In this document: piece after piece, positions 63,618 to 64,000 of the stretch | Numbering within the stretch: the first letter of the stretch is position 1 | How the letters are laid out: every line of letters starts with the position of its first letter | From: Tubulanus polymorphus | Lineage: Eukaryota; Animalia; Nemertea | Direction of reading: 5' to 3' | Length of the DNA: 64,000 bases | Assembly: GCF_964204645.1 (NCBI RefSeq) | Contig: NC_134035.1 | Coordinates: 9,270,451 to 9,334,450, forward strand | The notes under the pieces: model-generated | What the model was told of the DNA's origin: nothing | The model's input: only the letters and a program-made list of their open reading frames with translations | Database searches by the model: none | Made by a program: the position numbers and the translations under genes

Positions 63618-64000
63618 TACATTATACGTAGGCCTCTATCTAAAACTGAACATGCTGAAAAAGCTACCATTTCTTACTATTCTAATTTAAGTCTGTTAAT
63701 TGTAATACACATTTATGCAAAATTTTCAACCGTTGCCCGCGGATAGATAGAACCAGCAGAGGCAGGGCCGGGTACGTAATTAGTCGGGTAGGCACTAATA
63801 GTAGGCCTACTAACTCTTTAAGTCAAGTCAGGGCGCTGGAAGAGTCGTGGAGAGTGGATCGACGGGGTTTTTGAGACTGAGGAGAGAGCGAGGAGACAGC
63901 AGAGCCAGGTGAAACACCACTCATGTCAATCACAATTGCGGCATTCATGGACAAGCGGCCGGCTATGCCACTGGGGCTCGTATCAGAGTGGTAAACTTAC

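Overview
AT-rich, intron-rich animal genomic DNA, most like a lophotrochozoan invertebrate; no prokaryotic features, CRISPR arrays, rRNA or tRNA genes were seen. Spliced genes reconstructed by hand: the 5' coding exons of a p120/delta-catenin gene (minus, running off the left edge), a NUPR1/p8-like gene (minus), a YbaK/ProX (PrdX, ProXp-ala-like) aminoacyl-tRNA deacylase frame (minus), HIKESHI (plus, 4 exons, 197 aa), a 13-exon PRR19-like gene (minus, about 511 aa) and a 12-exon three-domain gelsolin/severin-like gene (minus, 382 aa). The rest is MITEs, minisatellites, a tandem duplication of about 4.4 kb and a palindrome of about 550 bp. The main finding is at 12.1-14.1 kb. A splice donor 1 nt after the NUPR1 stop appears to join it to an exon carrying a relay of stop/start-overlapping short ORFs and then a ProX domain with no in-frame AUG. 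From an AUG start, the ProX frame can be entered by a +1 shift at a proline codon plus stop (CCC-UAA) that sits in the loop of a 25-bp hairpin. The promoter carries UPRE and C/EBP-ATF motifs. This suggests a stress-induced polycistronic mRNA with recoding-controlled tRNA-Pro proofreading. The mundane alternative is one extra G in a G5 run. All homology calls are from remembered family motifs, not database searches.
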